Positions 1-8,378 of a stretch of 64,000 nucleotides of DNA are shown here, piece by piece (the stretch's first letter is position 1; the number at the start of each line of letters is the position of its first letter). The stretch is from IMG/VR virus record IMGVR_UViG_3300044996_000325, positions 1,085-65,084 of that record, one strand, 5' to 3'. The translations under genes were made by a program, and so were the position numbers. The stretch comes from a virus (taxonomy: Duplodnaviria; Caudoviricetes). The notes under the pieces are model-generated. The model was not told the origin of the DNA and did no database searches. It saw nothing but the letters and a program-made list of their open reading frames with translations.

Positions 1-180
1 GCGCCTGTAAAGCTCGGCCTTCATCCGATAGCAGTCGAAGTACATCGACAATTCTTCAAGATCTTTGAGGTCGTACTCGGAAACTTTTTCGACGCCGCAC
101 TCGCACTCGAACTCGAAGCACTCCGGGCACATCTCGAGTTCGCCGTGTGTTTCGGTGATGATCTCGCGCATTGTTTCCAT
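1..180 (-). CDS. hypothetical Cys-containing protein, runs off window edge
   Basis: ATG at 180 with open frame METMREIITETHGELEMCPECFEFECECG... to position 1; not in supplied track. Confidence 0.5.
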   Translation of the reverse strand, partial: METMREIITETHGELEMCPECFEFECECGVEKVSEYDLKDLEELSMYFDCYRMKAELYRR

Positions 181-416
181 CAGTCGTTCCCGCGCGTCAT
201 TACAATCCGGGAACCTCTCTAGGAGACATTGGTAAAAGTCACATGAATATTCTTCGTCTTCTTCGATTGCCGCCGAGGGCGAGTAGTGTATTTTCCACCA
301 TTCGACTATGGTACAGGATACTCTGTACACAAATTCTGCCGGCGAAAATTTTGGCTTGAAGTCTTCTTCGCCGAAGGCGAGCTGCTGGATCAGAACGCTA
401 GTAAGCATGGATCCTC

Positions 417-824
417 CTATGCAATGCGCTTGAAGAACGCGCAATCGTTCTCTGCGGTTCGTTTCGTCCTCGCCCTCATGGTCTTTCCGTTCCTGACGAA
501 GGTGAGCGTCTTTACCTTGAACCCGGTCACATTAGCCACTCCAACCAGGTCTCCGTTCCATGTCTTGATGTCGACCCTTTTGTTGGGACGAACGATCTCT
601 CGGCGGTTGAAGTAAAAGTAGCCGCCCTGGTTGACCTCACAGAGCCTGTCCAGGCCGTCGATCTCTGCCCGGGAGAGCAGGCGATTGTGCTCGTCGACGT
701 CCTCTTTTGTGTATCCCTCGACCTTCCCATTCGGCGAAAAGACGGCATTGGTCAGAAAACCGCCCCCTTGAACAGGAAGGCGGTCGAAGAACATCAGGTA
801 ACCTAGAGAAGGATTGAAGTCCAT
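417..824 (-). CDS. hypothetical phage protein
   Basis: 135 aa ORF, GGAGG-type RBS, tightly packed with neighbour. Confidence 0.75.
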   Translation of the reverse strand: MDFNPSLGYLMFFDRLPVQGGGFLTNAVFSPNGKVEGYTKEDVDEHNRLLSRAEIDGLDRLCEVNQGGYFYFNRREIVRPNKRVDIKTWNGDLVGVANVTGFKVKTLTFVRNGKTMRARTKRTAENDCAFFKRIA

Positions 825-825
825 G

Positions 826-1302
826 TCAGCCTCCGCACTGAATGCTGTATGTGGGCCTGCAGGTTTCCCGGCGCCACTTCTTTTCCGGCTCTCTCTTCAC
901 GATCGTGCACCCTTCCGGAAACCACGGAACAAGCAGGTCCAGAATGTATTCGATGCCATCGATCTGTCCGTGAGCTCTGTAGCAGCCGCTATAGGCATGC
1001 GGGGAGGAAAATTTGGTGCAGTACGAGGTAGTAATGTCCTCGAAGATGACCCTGAACACACTCATGATCCTGGCAAGGTCCGTACGAGCATCTTCTTCGC
1101 TCTCGGCTTCGCCGCGATAAATAAGCTCGATCTTATTATTTCTCATTGAGCTCACTATCCATGCAATATCAGGCTCAATGATGTCGAGAAGCACCTCGAT
1201 CTTGCCGTACAGTAATTCGACGAGGTTCCTGTATTCGACTGCATAGTTGAGATACTCCATGTCTGTCTCGAGGAGTTCTTTCCTGGTTTCAATTTTTGAC
1301 AT
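826..1302 (-). CDS. hypothetical phage protein
   Basis: 158 aa ORF, GGAGG RBS at ~1307-1311. Confidence 0.75.
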   Translation of the reverse strand: MSKIETRKELLETDMEYLNYAVEYRNLVELLYGKIEVLLDIIEPDIAWIVSSMRNNKIELIYRGEAESEEDARTDLARIMSVFRVIFEDITTSYCTKFSSPHAYSGCYRAHGQIDGIEYILDLLVPWFPEGCTIVKREPEKKWRRETCRPTYSIQCGG

Positions 1303-1359
1303 ATTTCCTCCGTTTCAGGCGTCTGAAAATCCCCCGACGGCGCTCGGGGGATCTCTAGT

Positions 1360-1915
1360 TTAGGCGTGCGTCCAGCCGGCCACCTGCAGTGCGTCATGGA
1401 TGGCGGTGACGTCATCCAGGGTCGCGATGTTGGCCGCGACATATGCCTGGATGGCGGCAAGGATGCCGGCGTCGACAGCAAGGGTATTGAAATTGGTGGC
1501 AAAGTATGCCTTGGCATCATCGAGGACGTCTTCTGCCTCGATGATGTCGTCGAGATTGGCTTCGACGAGCTCCAGCAGGGCCTCTTCGCCGTTTTCGTCT
1601 GCGTAGACTGTGTCGAGGTTGGCCGCCGCCCACGCAACGAGCTTGGCAGTTCCTTCCTCTTCGACGAAGACTTCTTCGGGGGCCTGCTCCGCCGCATACT
1701 CAATGGCTTCTGCGGCGTTGTAGATACTGGCTTCGTCACCGACGAAATCGGTGATCGCAGCCGAGGTGAACACCTGACCGGGGTTCAGGACAGCCGAGAG
1801 GTTCTTCGCGATGCTCTGGGCGTCACCCGTCGGACAGGTGATTTTCGATGACCGTGGGCGACTGCCCGGTCACCAGGCCAATGACCTGAGCGATGGTGCT
1901 TTTTGAAATTGCCAT
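1360..1915 (-). CDS. acidic Ala/Asp/Glu-rich protein split by a +1 frameshift at ~1826
   Basis: GAGGAG RBS and ATG 1915 give MAISKSTIAQ...NHLSDG-stop (1823); the +1 frame continues GDAQSIAKNLSAVLNPGQVFTSAA... into ORF 1360..1773. Confidence 0.65.
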
Positions 1916-1976
1916 TACTTGCTCCTCGAGGATGATTTATCTTGCGGTGCGCCGCCGCAAAATCTGTCGCTCAAGG

Positions 1977-3146
1977 TCAGTCCTTGTAGGGGTCCTCTTC
2001 GCCTTTCCCGGCCATCATGACGACGATCGGCCACAGGCGGGTGCGGATGCGAAGGTTTTCGTGGTATCCGAGGACGGTGCTGAGCCCCCGGTAGGCATTC
2101 GGTGCTTCGTCGGCGCCGCCGCCGTAGAGGTGAACGCCCATCTTTTCGAGATAGACATTCACGTCCTGCATATTGATCAATTTCTTGGCTTGGCTGCGCG
2201 ACATGGTTCGTCCAGCTCCGTGCGGAGCGGAATTGAGAGATGCGTACATCTCCGTTGTTCCGGGAATGGGCTCGACAATGGCGGATATGTCTCCCATGGA
2301 ACCGCCGATGAAGATCGGCTTGTCCCACAGTGGGGTCGCTCCCTTGCGGATCACCCAGTAGTGCTCGCCCTGGATGATCTCGGACCAGGCGAAGTTATGA
2401 TGGTTCGAGATCATCTCTACCGGCTTGGCGCCGAGAATGTCGAGGATGTATTCCACGACCATCTTGCGTCCCAGGGTGGCGTACATGCCAGCGAAACACA
2501 TTGCCTCAAGGTAGTCATCGAACAGCGGCGTGTTCTCTTCGAGCAGCGCTGGCGGCCCATCCATGGTGTCTTTGAAGCCAAGGATCTCCATCGTCTTCCT
2601 GGCGATTTTGTGTCCGAAACCGCGCGATCCGAAGTGGCAAGCCACCCAGACATTCTGGTCCTTGTCGTTCATGATGTCGACGTAGTGGTTTCCGCCGCCA
2701 ATGGTACCTAGCTGTGAGGCTGCGAGCTGTTTCAGGTCCTTCATCAGCGGGTTCTTCCAGTCGATGCCCAGGATTTCTATCTCTCCTTTGTGGAGCGGAG
2801 ACGTAGTCCCGATGCCGAAGACGATCTTCTCGCGGATCTTGGTGACCAGATTGTCGATATCGCCGAGGTCTCGTGGGCGCAGGCTGGTGCGCACCGCATA
2901 GTTTCCACAGCCAATGTCGTAGCCGACACCAGTCGGGGAGATGTGACGAGGATAGGCCACGACGCCGCCGATAGGCATGCGGTAACCTTTGTGCTTGTCG
3001 GCCATGAGGGCTCCAAATGAGCCATCGACGGCATCAAGGCAGGCCCGGATCTGCTGATATACCGGGCTGTTCTTGTAGAAGTTCCCGTCCTCGATGTCAT
3101 CCATCGGGCCAAAAACTGTTAGGTTGGCTTCCTGCACTCGGATCAT
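1977..3146 (-). CDS. rtcB: RtcB family RNA ligase
   Basis: Motifs MADKHKGYRMPIGGV, GYDIGCG, QLGTIGGGNHY, HFGSRG, HHNFA, RKGAT, GSMG, HGAGR, DEAPNAYR. Confidence 0.95.
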   Translation of the reverse strand: MIRVQEANLTVFGPMDDIEDGNFYKNSPVYQQIRACLDAVDGSFGALMADKHKGYRMPIGGVVAYPRHISPTGVGYDIGCGNYAVRTSLRPRDLGDIDNLVTKIREKIVFGIGTTSPLHKGEIEILGIDWKNPLMKDLKQLAASQLGTIGGGNHYVDIMNDKDQNVWVACHFGSRGFGHKIARKTMEILGFKDTMDGPPALLEENTPLFDDYLEAMCFAGMYATLGRKMVVEYILDILGAKPVEMISNHHNFAWSEIIQGEHYWVIRKGATPLWDKPIFIGGSMGDISAIVEPIPGTTEMYASLNSAPHGAGRTMSRSQAKKLINMQDVNVYLEKMGVHLYGGGADEAPNAYRGLSTVLGYHENLRIRTRLWPIVVMMAGKGEEDPYKD

Positions 3147-3294
3147 GAGAACCCCAATTTCTTGTGATCCACGTCACCGTTGCGCTTGAAGATGGTCTTG
3201 AAGATCACGCTGAAGATGCGGAAGATCTTCAATTTCTTGTACCAGATACGAACTTTCGGGTCATACTCGCAGTAGGTAATACGGTCGATGAGCC

Positions 3295-3519
3295 TCATAG
3301 GTTCTCCAGGTATCCGACGACCAGTCCGGGCACTGATCCGTCCAGGGCGGTGATAATGTCCTGCAGGCGGGCTTCGATGGTATTGGCGAGCTCGACTTCA
3401 TTGAAGCCGGCGTTGCGCAGGAATGGAAGGTTTTTCTCGTCGATCTTGATCGTGACGGTGACCGAACCAACCTGCATGCCGTCGATCTCGAACGGGAATT
3501 TCTTGGATCCGGTAGCCAT
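3295..3519 (-). CDS. hypothetical protein
   Basis: MATGSKKFPFEIDG..., TAATG coupling with upstream gene. Confidence 0.55.
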   Translation of the reverse strand: MATGSKKFPFEIDGMQVGSVTVTIKIDEKNLPFLRNAGFNEVELANTIEARLQDIITALDGSVPGLVVGYLENL

Positions 3520-3941
3520 TAGAAGCATCCTTTTGGGAAGAAGTCGACGCAGCGCTCGATCGCTCCCGGGAGAAGCGGAGCGATGATAAAGTACAGCGCG
3601 ATGAATGGGATAGCCAGTACTACGAGAAGTACAGGGATCCAGAGACATCCGGTTCCGCTGTATGATCGGATGTAGTCCGGCGGATCGGACGGCTTCCATC
3701 CGCTCGCGGCTCTCTCTGCGCGGTAGCGCTCCATGTCTTTTTCTTTCCACTCTTCGACTTTTTCGCCGAGAATGAATGCAGGAAGAGCGGCAGGCGTCAT
3801 AATTGCACCGAATGCGGCTCTTGCGAGATCTTCGCTGACACACTGGCTCTGCTCGCTGAACGTTGCATCGTCTGGCAAATCTGGAGACGACGGCTCGAAC
3901 CACATATCCCACCAGTCATGGACGATATCTTTTGTTGACAT
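3519..3941 (-). CDS. hypothetical membrane protein
   Basis: AAGGAG RBS, C-terminal hydrophobic helix. Confidence 0.65.
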   Translation of the reverse strand: MSTKDIVHDWWDMWFEPSSPDLPDDATFSEQSQCVSEDLARAAFGAIMTPAALPAFILGEKVEEWKEKDMERYRAERAASGWKPSDPPDYIRSYSGTGCLWIPVLLVVLAIPFIALYFIIAPLLPGAIERCVDFFPKGCF

Positions 3942-3983
3942 ATGCAAATCTCCTTTTCTTGTTGAGTTTCATACGTCTGAAAG

Positions 3984-4075
3984 TGACCGCGGCAGGAGTT
4001 GAACCTGCATGCTTTCTTTCAAGCCATCCGGAGTTACAGTCCGGTGTGTCTAAAGCCGATATACACCTCGCGGCC
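3984..4075 (-). tRNA. tRNA-Tyr(GTA), long variable arm, enlarged D loop
   Basis: GGCCGCG/CGCGGTC acceptor, CCGGA-CTGTAAC-TCCGG anticodon arm, GCAGG-TTCAACT-CCTGC T arm, discriminator A. Confidence 0.85.
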
Positions 4076-4202
4076 AGGGGCGGTATACGATCCGCCAACG
4101 GCCTGTGCTATAGCATTTCAGGCTAGGTTTAGTTAGCGTCTTTCCTACGTCGCAGGCCCAGTGGCTCCTTCGTCAAGGATAAATCTGCGCGTTACGGGCT
4201 CC

Positions 4203-4278
4203 TGGCGGAGAAGGCATGGTTCGAACATGCGACCTTCCGGGTAACAGCCGGGCGCTCTTCCAGCTGAGCTACTTCTCC
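4203..4278 (-). tRNA. tRNA with GTT (Asn) anticodon and Asp-like body, CCA encoded
   Basis: GGAGAAG/CTTCTCC acceptor, GCTC/GAGC D stem, loop CTGTTAC, GCATG-TTCGAAC-CATGC T arm, ends GCCA. Confidence 0.9.
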
Positions 4279-4364
4279 GAATGTGCGTCTTGGTCGCCTA
4301 GTCAACGCACGTGGGCCTCTTACCGCACTGGGCTCGGCCTTTGCGGTTACGATCCGCCAACGAG

Positions 4365-4436
4365 TTGCGGGGGACGGGATCGAACCGTCGACCTGCTGGT
4401 TATGAGCCAACCGTGCTACCACTGCACTACCCCGCA
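4365..4436 (-). tRNA. tRNA-Met(CAT), initiator-like
   Basis: TGCGGGG...CCCCGCAA acceptor like tRNA-fMet, loop CTCATAA, GACGG-TTCGATC-CCGTC T arm; CCA not encoded. Confidence 0.9.
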
Positions 4437-4910
4437 AGGGTCCCCGCCGCCGGGTGCGGATCCTTTCTGCACGCTTCGGTTCGTCTGCCTTTACCGTCGT
4501 GCGACCATCCTGCGTTTCGGCGGGGTGTCGTCCGGTTACGTGATACATCTTCCGGCGTCGCATTCTACGACCGATGAGGCTGGCCCCTTCTCACCACTGG
4601 GCAGGTGACGCCTATGGCGTTGTCCGTTCTTCAGTAATGTCGCTAGTACCGAAGTACCGACCTCAAGACCATTGGCCGGGCGTGAACGATGATCGCCATG
4701 TTCTCCCCGCTGCTCGGCCACTTTCCCGCTGGAAGGTTTCTTGCTAGGCCGACTTGCGTCATTTCTCACACGGCGGGGTTTTCTGCGGGCGGAACGTCTT
4801 TGTTTGCCAGTCCGGGGTGCTCTTTTCTTCTCAGTTGGCCCCGTGACATTCCCGACTTGTTCAGAGATGTCAACCCTGGTCCCTGCGGCTTTCGCCGCCG
4901 CCCGCATAGT
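4437..4910 (-). ncRNA. candidate large structured non-coding RNA
   Basis: Nested helices (4784-4792/4898-4906; 4705-4710/4773-4778; 4442-4449/4518-4525) and GAAA, GCAA and cUUCGg tetraloops that are canonical only on the minus strand. Confidence 0.6.
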
Positions 4911-4913
4911 GCT

Positions 4914-5228
4914 TCACTTCGCTCTCCGTTCTTGCTGCGGGATCGGGCGATAGGTATCCAGCGGCGATCCGCGAAGTTCCCTTCCGAAGACGATCGTCAC
5001 GGTCTCGGTAAGCGGTCCTGACCAGGAAGAGCGCCGGTGTATCGTCCAGCTCTTACTCTGAAGCCAGTCCAGTCCCTTGTCCAGGTGCGCTTCTCCGAAG
5101 TCCCCTAGGGGGAACCCTGCTCTCATGAGCGACGGGGAGACGGAGATGATCTTTCTTGACAAAATGTTCCCCCGGCAGTGCGGCTTCCGAGACAGCCTCA
5201 CTTCGAATTTCAGTTCCAGATCGTCCAT
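4914..5228 (-). CDS. hypothetical protein
   Basis: 104 aa, AGGA RBS. Confidence 0.65.
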   Translation of the reverse strand: MDDLELKFEVRLSRKPHCRGNILSRKIISVSPSLMRAGFPLGDFGEAHLDKGLDWLQSKSWTIHRRSSWSGPLTETVTIVFGRELRGSPLDTYRPIPQQERRAK

Positions 5229-5414
5229 TGTCCTGCTCCTTGAGCTCTACGAATGTGTACGAATTCTCGGACAGCCATTCATTGATCCACGAGATTTCTG
5301 GATCTTCCAGGGCCGCCAATGCCCGTCGGCATGCCTGGCATTCAGGTTCGCATTCGTCCACTTCGAAGAAATGACGAAGGTCCTTTTCGAGATCGAGCCG
5401 GATACGCTCCGGTG

Positions 5415-5684
5415 TTACAGCCTGGGGGGTCCAGCCGTGATAGAGATGGGTATCCATGGGATGTTCTCCTGCGGAAGATCGCGATTGTCTGTCTCCCATA
5501 CGACACGCGACCCTTCCGTAATGACGATCCGCGTTGCCGTGTCTTCTGCAATGCGCTGGGCGGTCAATGCTGCGCGTCCCAGGTTGCTGAAGCGCGCTCT
5601 GAGACCACGTGCCCTATCCTGGAACTTGAACGTGCCATCGATCTGATCGAGCTGCTCTTGCGTCAGTCCACTGTACTTTGCCAT
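5415..5684 (-). CDS. hypothetical protein, first gene after the 5840 promoter
   Basis: 89 aa, GGAG RBS. Confidence 0.65.
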   Translation of the reverse strand: MAKYSGLTQEQLDQIDGTFKFQDRARGLRARFSNLGRAALTAQRIAEDTATRIVITEGSRVVWETDNRDLPQENIPWIPISITAGPPRL

Positions 5685-5839
5685 AATGTTCTCCGATAGA
5701 AGGTTTGGTTTGCAAATCCTTTCGGCTGTAAAGGTTCTGGACTACTATGGGGGCCGCCGGGTGATGCTCCCGGTACTCGCTGTTTGCGACGGCCCCAGGA
5801 GGAGAAGAAACGCTGCTGACCAGGCAAGCGTACGTTCCA

Positions 5840-5868
5840 AGTGTAATTCATCTGTGACAGACTGTCAA
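5840..5868 (-). promoter_or_regulatory. sigma70-type promoter TTGACA-N17-TACACT with a 13-bp inverted repeat over -35
   Basis: tgtcaa 5863-5868, agtgta 5840-5845; IR ATCTGTGACAGAC 5850-5862 / GTCTGTCACAGAT 5880-5892. Confidence 0.8.
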
Positions 5869-5904
5869 TATCAAGGAACGTCTGTCACAGATAATGAACG
5901 ATAG

Positions 5905-6012
5905 TTATCCGGGTCCGATCAGGATGCCGAGAAAGCAGGGGACGAAGAAGATCAGGATGACGGCGATGACGCCCAGGACGATTTCACGCCTTTGGTTTCC
6001 AGATGTCGCCAT
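5905..6012 (-). CDS. 35-aa single-pass membrane peptide
   Basis: MATSGNQRREIVLGVIAVILIFFVPCFLGILIGPG; below the ORF-track cutoff. Confidence 0.5.
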   Translation of the reverse strand: MATSGNQRREIVLGVIAVILIFFVPCFLGILIGPG

Positions 6013-6671
6013 CTTGGTGCCATCCTTTTTGGTTTCCAGATGTCGCCATCTTGGTGCCATCCTTTCTTGTACATCATTTTCTCGAGAGAGATGACATCGA
6101 GATTGACCTTCTCGCGTGTGGCAACGACGATCATATCTGCGGGAGCTCCCCGGAGAACCCTGCTGATGAGGTCCCAGAACGGCTTGTCCTTGTTCACAAC
6201 TGCCCAGAAGTCATCGTCCGTGAGCTGGTAGCAGAATGGGCAACACAGCCGTTCATCCATACATCCGCCGTTGTCACGCCAGTCATGCCGCTGGCCGATG
6301 AAGTGCCGGCAGCACTCGCATTTTCGTGCGGTGCGGTTTGCTTCTTCCAGGAAATACTCCTGTACGGGCTCTTCGTCCGGGATCTCTTCCGGCCACTCGT
6401 GCTTGAGCTCGATGATGTTTTCTTCGAGCTGGATAAGGGCGTCTTCAGGAAGGTCGTCCAGGAGCTTGATGATCCGACCAGTGACAGGGTAGGTTTCAGG
6501 CGTCGGAAACTTGAACGACCGCAGATCGTCATAGATGCGATTGAGGAGCCGCTGGCATTCCAGGAGCTGTATGGTCTCGTTCAGCGCCGCTGACCTTTCC
6601 CTTGCTGTCGGAAGAAGGCCTTTATCCAGCTTGTCAATGAGGGCATGAACCTTCGAGATCGGTTTCTTCAT
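5952..6671 (-). CDS. hypothetical protein with Cys clusters; C-terminus altered by tandem duplication
   Basis: CECC and CCPFC motifs; AAGGAG RBS. Confidence 0.7.
   Translation of the reverse strand: MKKPISKVHALIDKLDKGLLPTARERSAALNETIQLLECQRLLNRIYDDLRSFKFPTPETYPVTGRIIKLLDDLPEDALIQLEENIIELKHEWPEEIPDEEPVQEYFLEEANRTARKCECCRHFIGQRHDWRDNGGCMDERLCCPFCYQLTDDDFWAVVNKDKPFWDLISRVLRGAPADMIVVATREKVNLDVISLEKMMYKKGWHQDGDIWKPKRMAPRWRHLETKGVKSSWASSPSS
5991..6064. repeat. perfect 37-bp tandem duplication
   Basis: TTTGGTTTCCAGATGTCGCCATCTTGGTGCCATCCTT at 5991-6027 and 6028-6064. Confidence 0.95.
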
Positions 6672-7060
6672 GGCATCTCGTCTCCTTGTGGATCGATGGT
6701 GATGATTTCGGCGCCGGCATCAATTGCTTTCTTTGCGCAGGAAGCGCAGACCGGGAAGGTCGTCCTTTTCGGAGATCCTTCCGGATCCGTTTTCCTGGCA
6801 AACAGGGTCGCCGGTTTCTTGCACTGTACCCATTTCGGCTCACCAAGATTGAATGCTCCGAGCTCGAGCATGTACCCGCAACACGGGATCAACTCAGGCT
6901 GGATTGTCCTTGCCATGAATGAATTCAGGATCATGCCAATCATCGTGTTCATGCGGTTTTCGTCGTAGATTGGCAGTCCATATTCCACGTCGATATTCCT
7001 GGCATATTCATTGAGGTCAATAATTACTTGCCGGGCAATCTCTCTCTCGGTATCTGCCAT
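6668..7060 (-). CDS. hypothetical protein with Zn-finger-like Cys motifs
   Basis: 130 aa, AGGAG RBS, CC...C...CxxC. Confidence 0.65.
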   Translation of the reverse strand: MADTEREIARQVIIDLNEYARNIDVEYGLPIYDENRMNTMIGMILNSFMARTIQPELIPCCGYMLELGAFNLGEPKWVQCKKPATLFARKTDPEGSPKRTTFPVCASCAKKAIDAGAEIITIDPQGDEMP

Positions 7061-7069
7061 AGTGGTCTC

Positions 7070-7345
7070 CTATTCTTTTCTCGTCATGCGCACGCGAGTG
7101 GGGCGTCCGCCGCAGGCCAGTGCATTCATGTGCGACAGCGCCGCTTCTTTGTGGAAGTGGTCGGCAATGTGTTCCAGCTGGCCCTTCTCGGTTCGTCCGT
7201 AGATGGACCAGCAGATCAGATCGTAGTCATCTTCTTCGCACTTGACAAAGTCTACGCCGAGAGGGCTGAAGTAGTTTTTGACTGGCTCCCCATCCTTGTC
7301 CAGGAGTTTGCAGGGGTGCATTTCGTAGGATTGGTATGTGATCAT
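7070..7345 (-). CDS. hypothetical phage protein
   Basis: 91 aa, overlaps radC stop. Confidence 0.65.
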   Translation of the reverse strand: MITYQSYEMHPCKLLDKDGEPVKNYFSPLGVDFVKCEEDDYDLICWSIYGRTEKGQLEHIADHFHKEAALSHMNALACGGRPTRVRMTRKE

Positions 7346-8004
7346 GAGAACCCCAATCCGCGCTCTTTGAGCGAAACATGTCTTCCGTTACAGATGATCA
7401 GGTGGTCGAGGACGTCGATATCCATCAGTTTTCCAGCTGATACGATGGCCCTTGTTACTGCGACATCGTCCGGGCTTGGAGTTGGGTCTCCGCTTGGGTG
7501 GTTGTGAACGACGATGATCGCTGAAGCGAGATACTGAAGCGCCGGACGGATTACTTCGCCGATCTTGACCTGGGAAGAGTTCACAGTTCCGGTGCAAATC
7601 GTCACAATATCGATGACGACGTTTCTCGTGTTCAAGAGGATCGTTCGGAGCTGTTCTTTTTCCAGTGTGCTCATATCGTATGTCACCAGCGCCGCTGCAT
7701 CAGCCGGGCTATTGATGGTGACGCGTTCAGTTGCCTGGTTGATGCGAGAGCCGAGAGCCATGGACGCCTTGATGCGTGTTGCGGTGGCTATCCCGATGCC
7801 TGGCGTCATGGTGAGTTGGGGAACTGCGGCGTTGCAGATCCTGGCGATGCTGCCGCCAAAGCGTTCGAGAAGATTGTTGGCGATCTCGAGCTGATCGTCG
7901 CCGCCAATCACTGCCGCGAGCAGCTCGGGCGTTGTGCACATGGACGGATCGTGAGATATCCGGGTGTCCGGGCGATCGTGGATTGCGATTGTTTTCAGGC
8001 TCAT
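7342..8004 (-). CDS. radC: RadC (JAB/UPF0758) family protein
   Basis: ELLA...HhH (PGIG)...EQLRTILLNTRN...HNHPSGDPTPSPDD...DVLDHLII; start set at ATG 8004 after AAGGAG. Confidence 0.9.
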   Translation of the reverse strand: MSLKTIAIHDRPDTRISHDPSMCTTPELLAAVIGGDDQLEIANNLLERFGGSIARICNAAVPQLTMTPGIGIATATRIKASMALGSRINQATERVTINSPADAAALVTYDMSTLEKEQLRTILLNTRNVVIDIVTICTGTVNSSQVKIGEVIRPALQYLASAIIVVHNHPSGDPTPSPDDVAVTRAIVSAGKLMDIDVLDHLIICNGRHVSLKERGLGFS

Positions 8005-8351
8005 ACGGTCTCCTTTTTCGATCTCGGATATGAATGATTGCACCCATTACAGATCAGGTATTCCCTGTCACTTGCGTCGATGTACGGGTTGGTGCAACCG
8101 CACTTTGGACACGGCGAGCCATCGATGTCTTGAATATTGTCGTACTCGTTACCGTCAAGGATCCATTGTGTTACTTCGGGCTTGTACTTTCCGCCGCGCC
8201 ACGCTTCTTCGACATCGCCGGCAACTTCGGCGCTCTTACGATCGGACCATGCTCCAAGCACATAGCTATGGCTCTCGCGATTTCCGTGTCTGTACATAGT
8301 GACAACATAAACTTTGATCTTGATCTTTTCCAAGAGATGAATGGTCGTCAT
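8001..8351 (-). CDS. hypothetical protein with C-terminal Zn ribbon
   Basis: CPKC...CNGC; AAGGAG RBS. Confidence 0.65.
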   Translation of the reverse strand: MTTIHLLEKIKIKVYVVTMYRHGNRESHSYVLGAWSDRKSAEVAGDVEEAWRGGKYKPEVTQWILDGNEYDNIQDIDGSPCPKCGCTNPYIDASDREYLICNGCNHSYPRSKKETV

Positions 8352-8378
8352 GGATCTCTCCTTTTCCGGCGTCTGAAA

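Noticed and set aside
4625-4635. CUGAAGA as a hammerhead ribozyme core
   Set aside because: Could not build stems I-III with a suitably placed GAAA and cleavage triplet
4536-4907. 123-aa basic ORF (also 4192..4563)
   Set aside because: No RBS, Arg/Pro-rich composition, overlaps tRNAs or dense RNA structure
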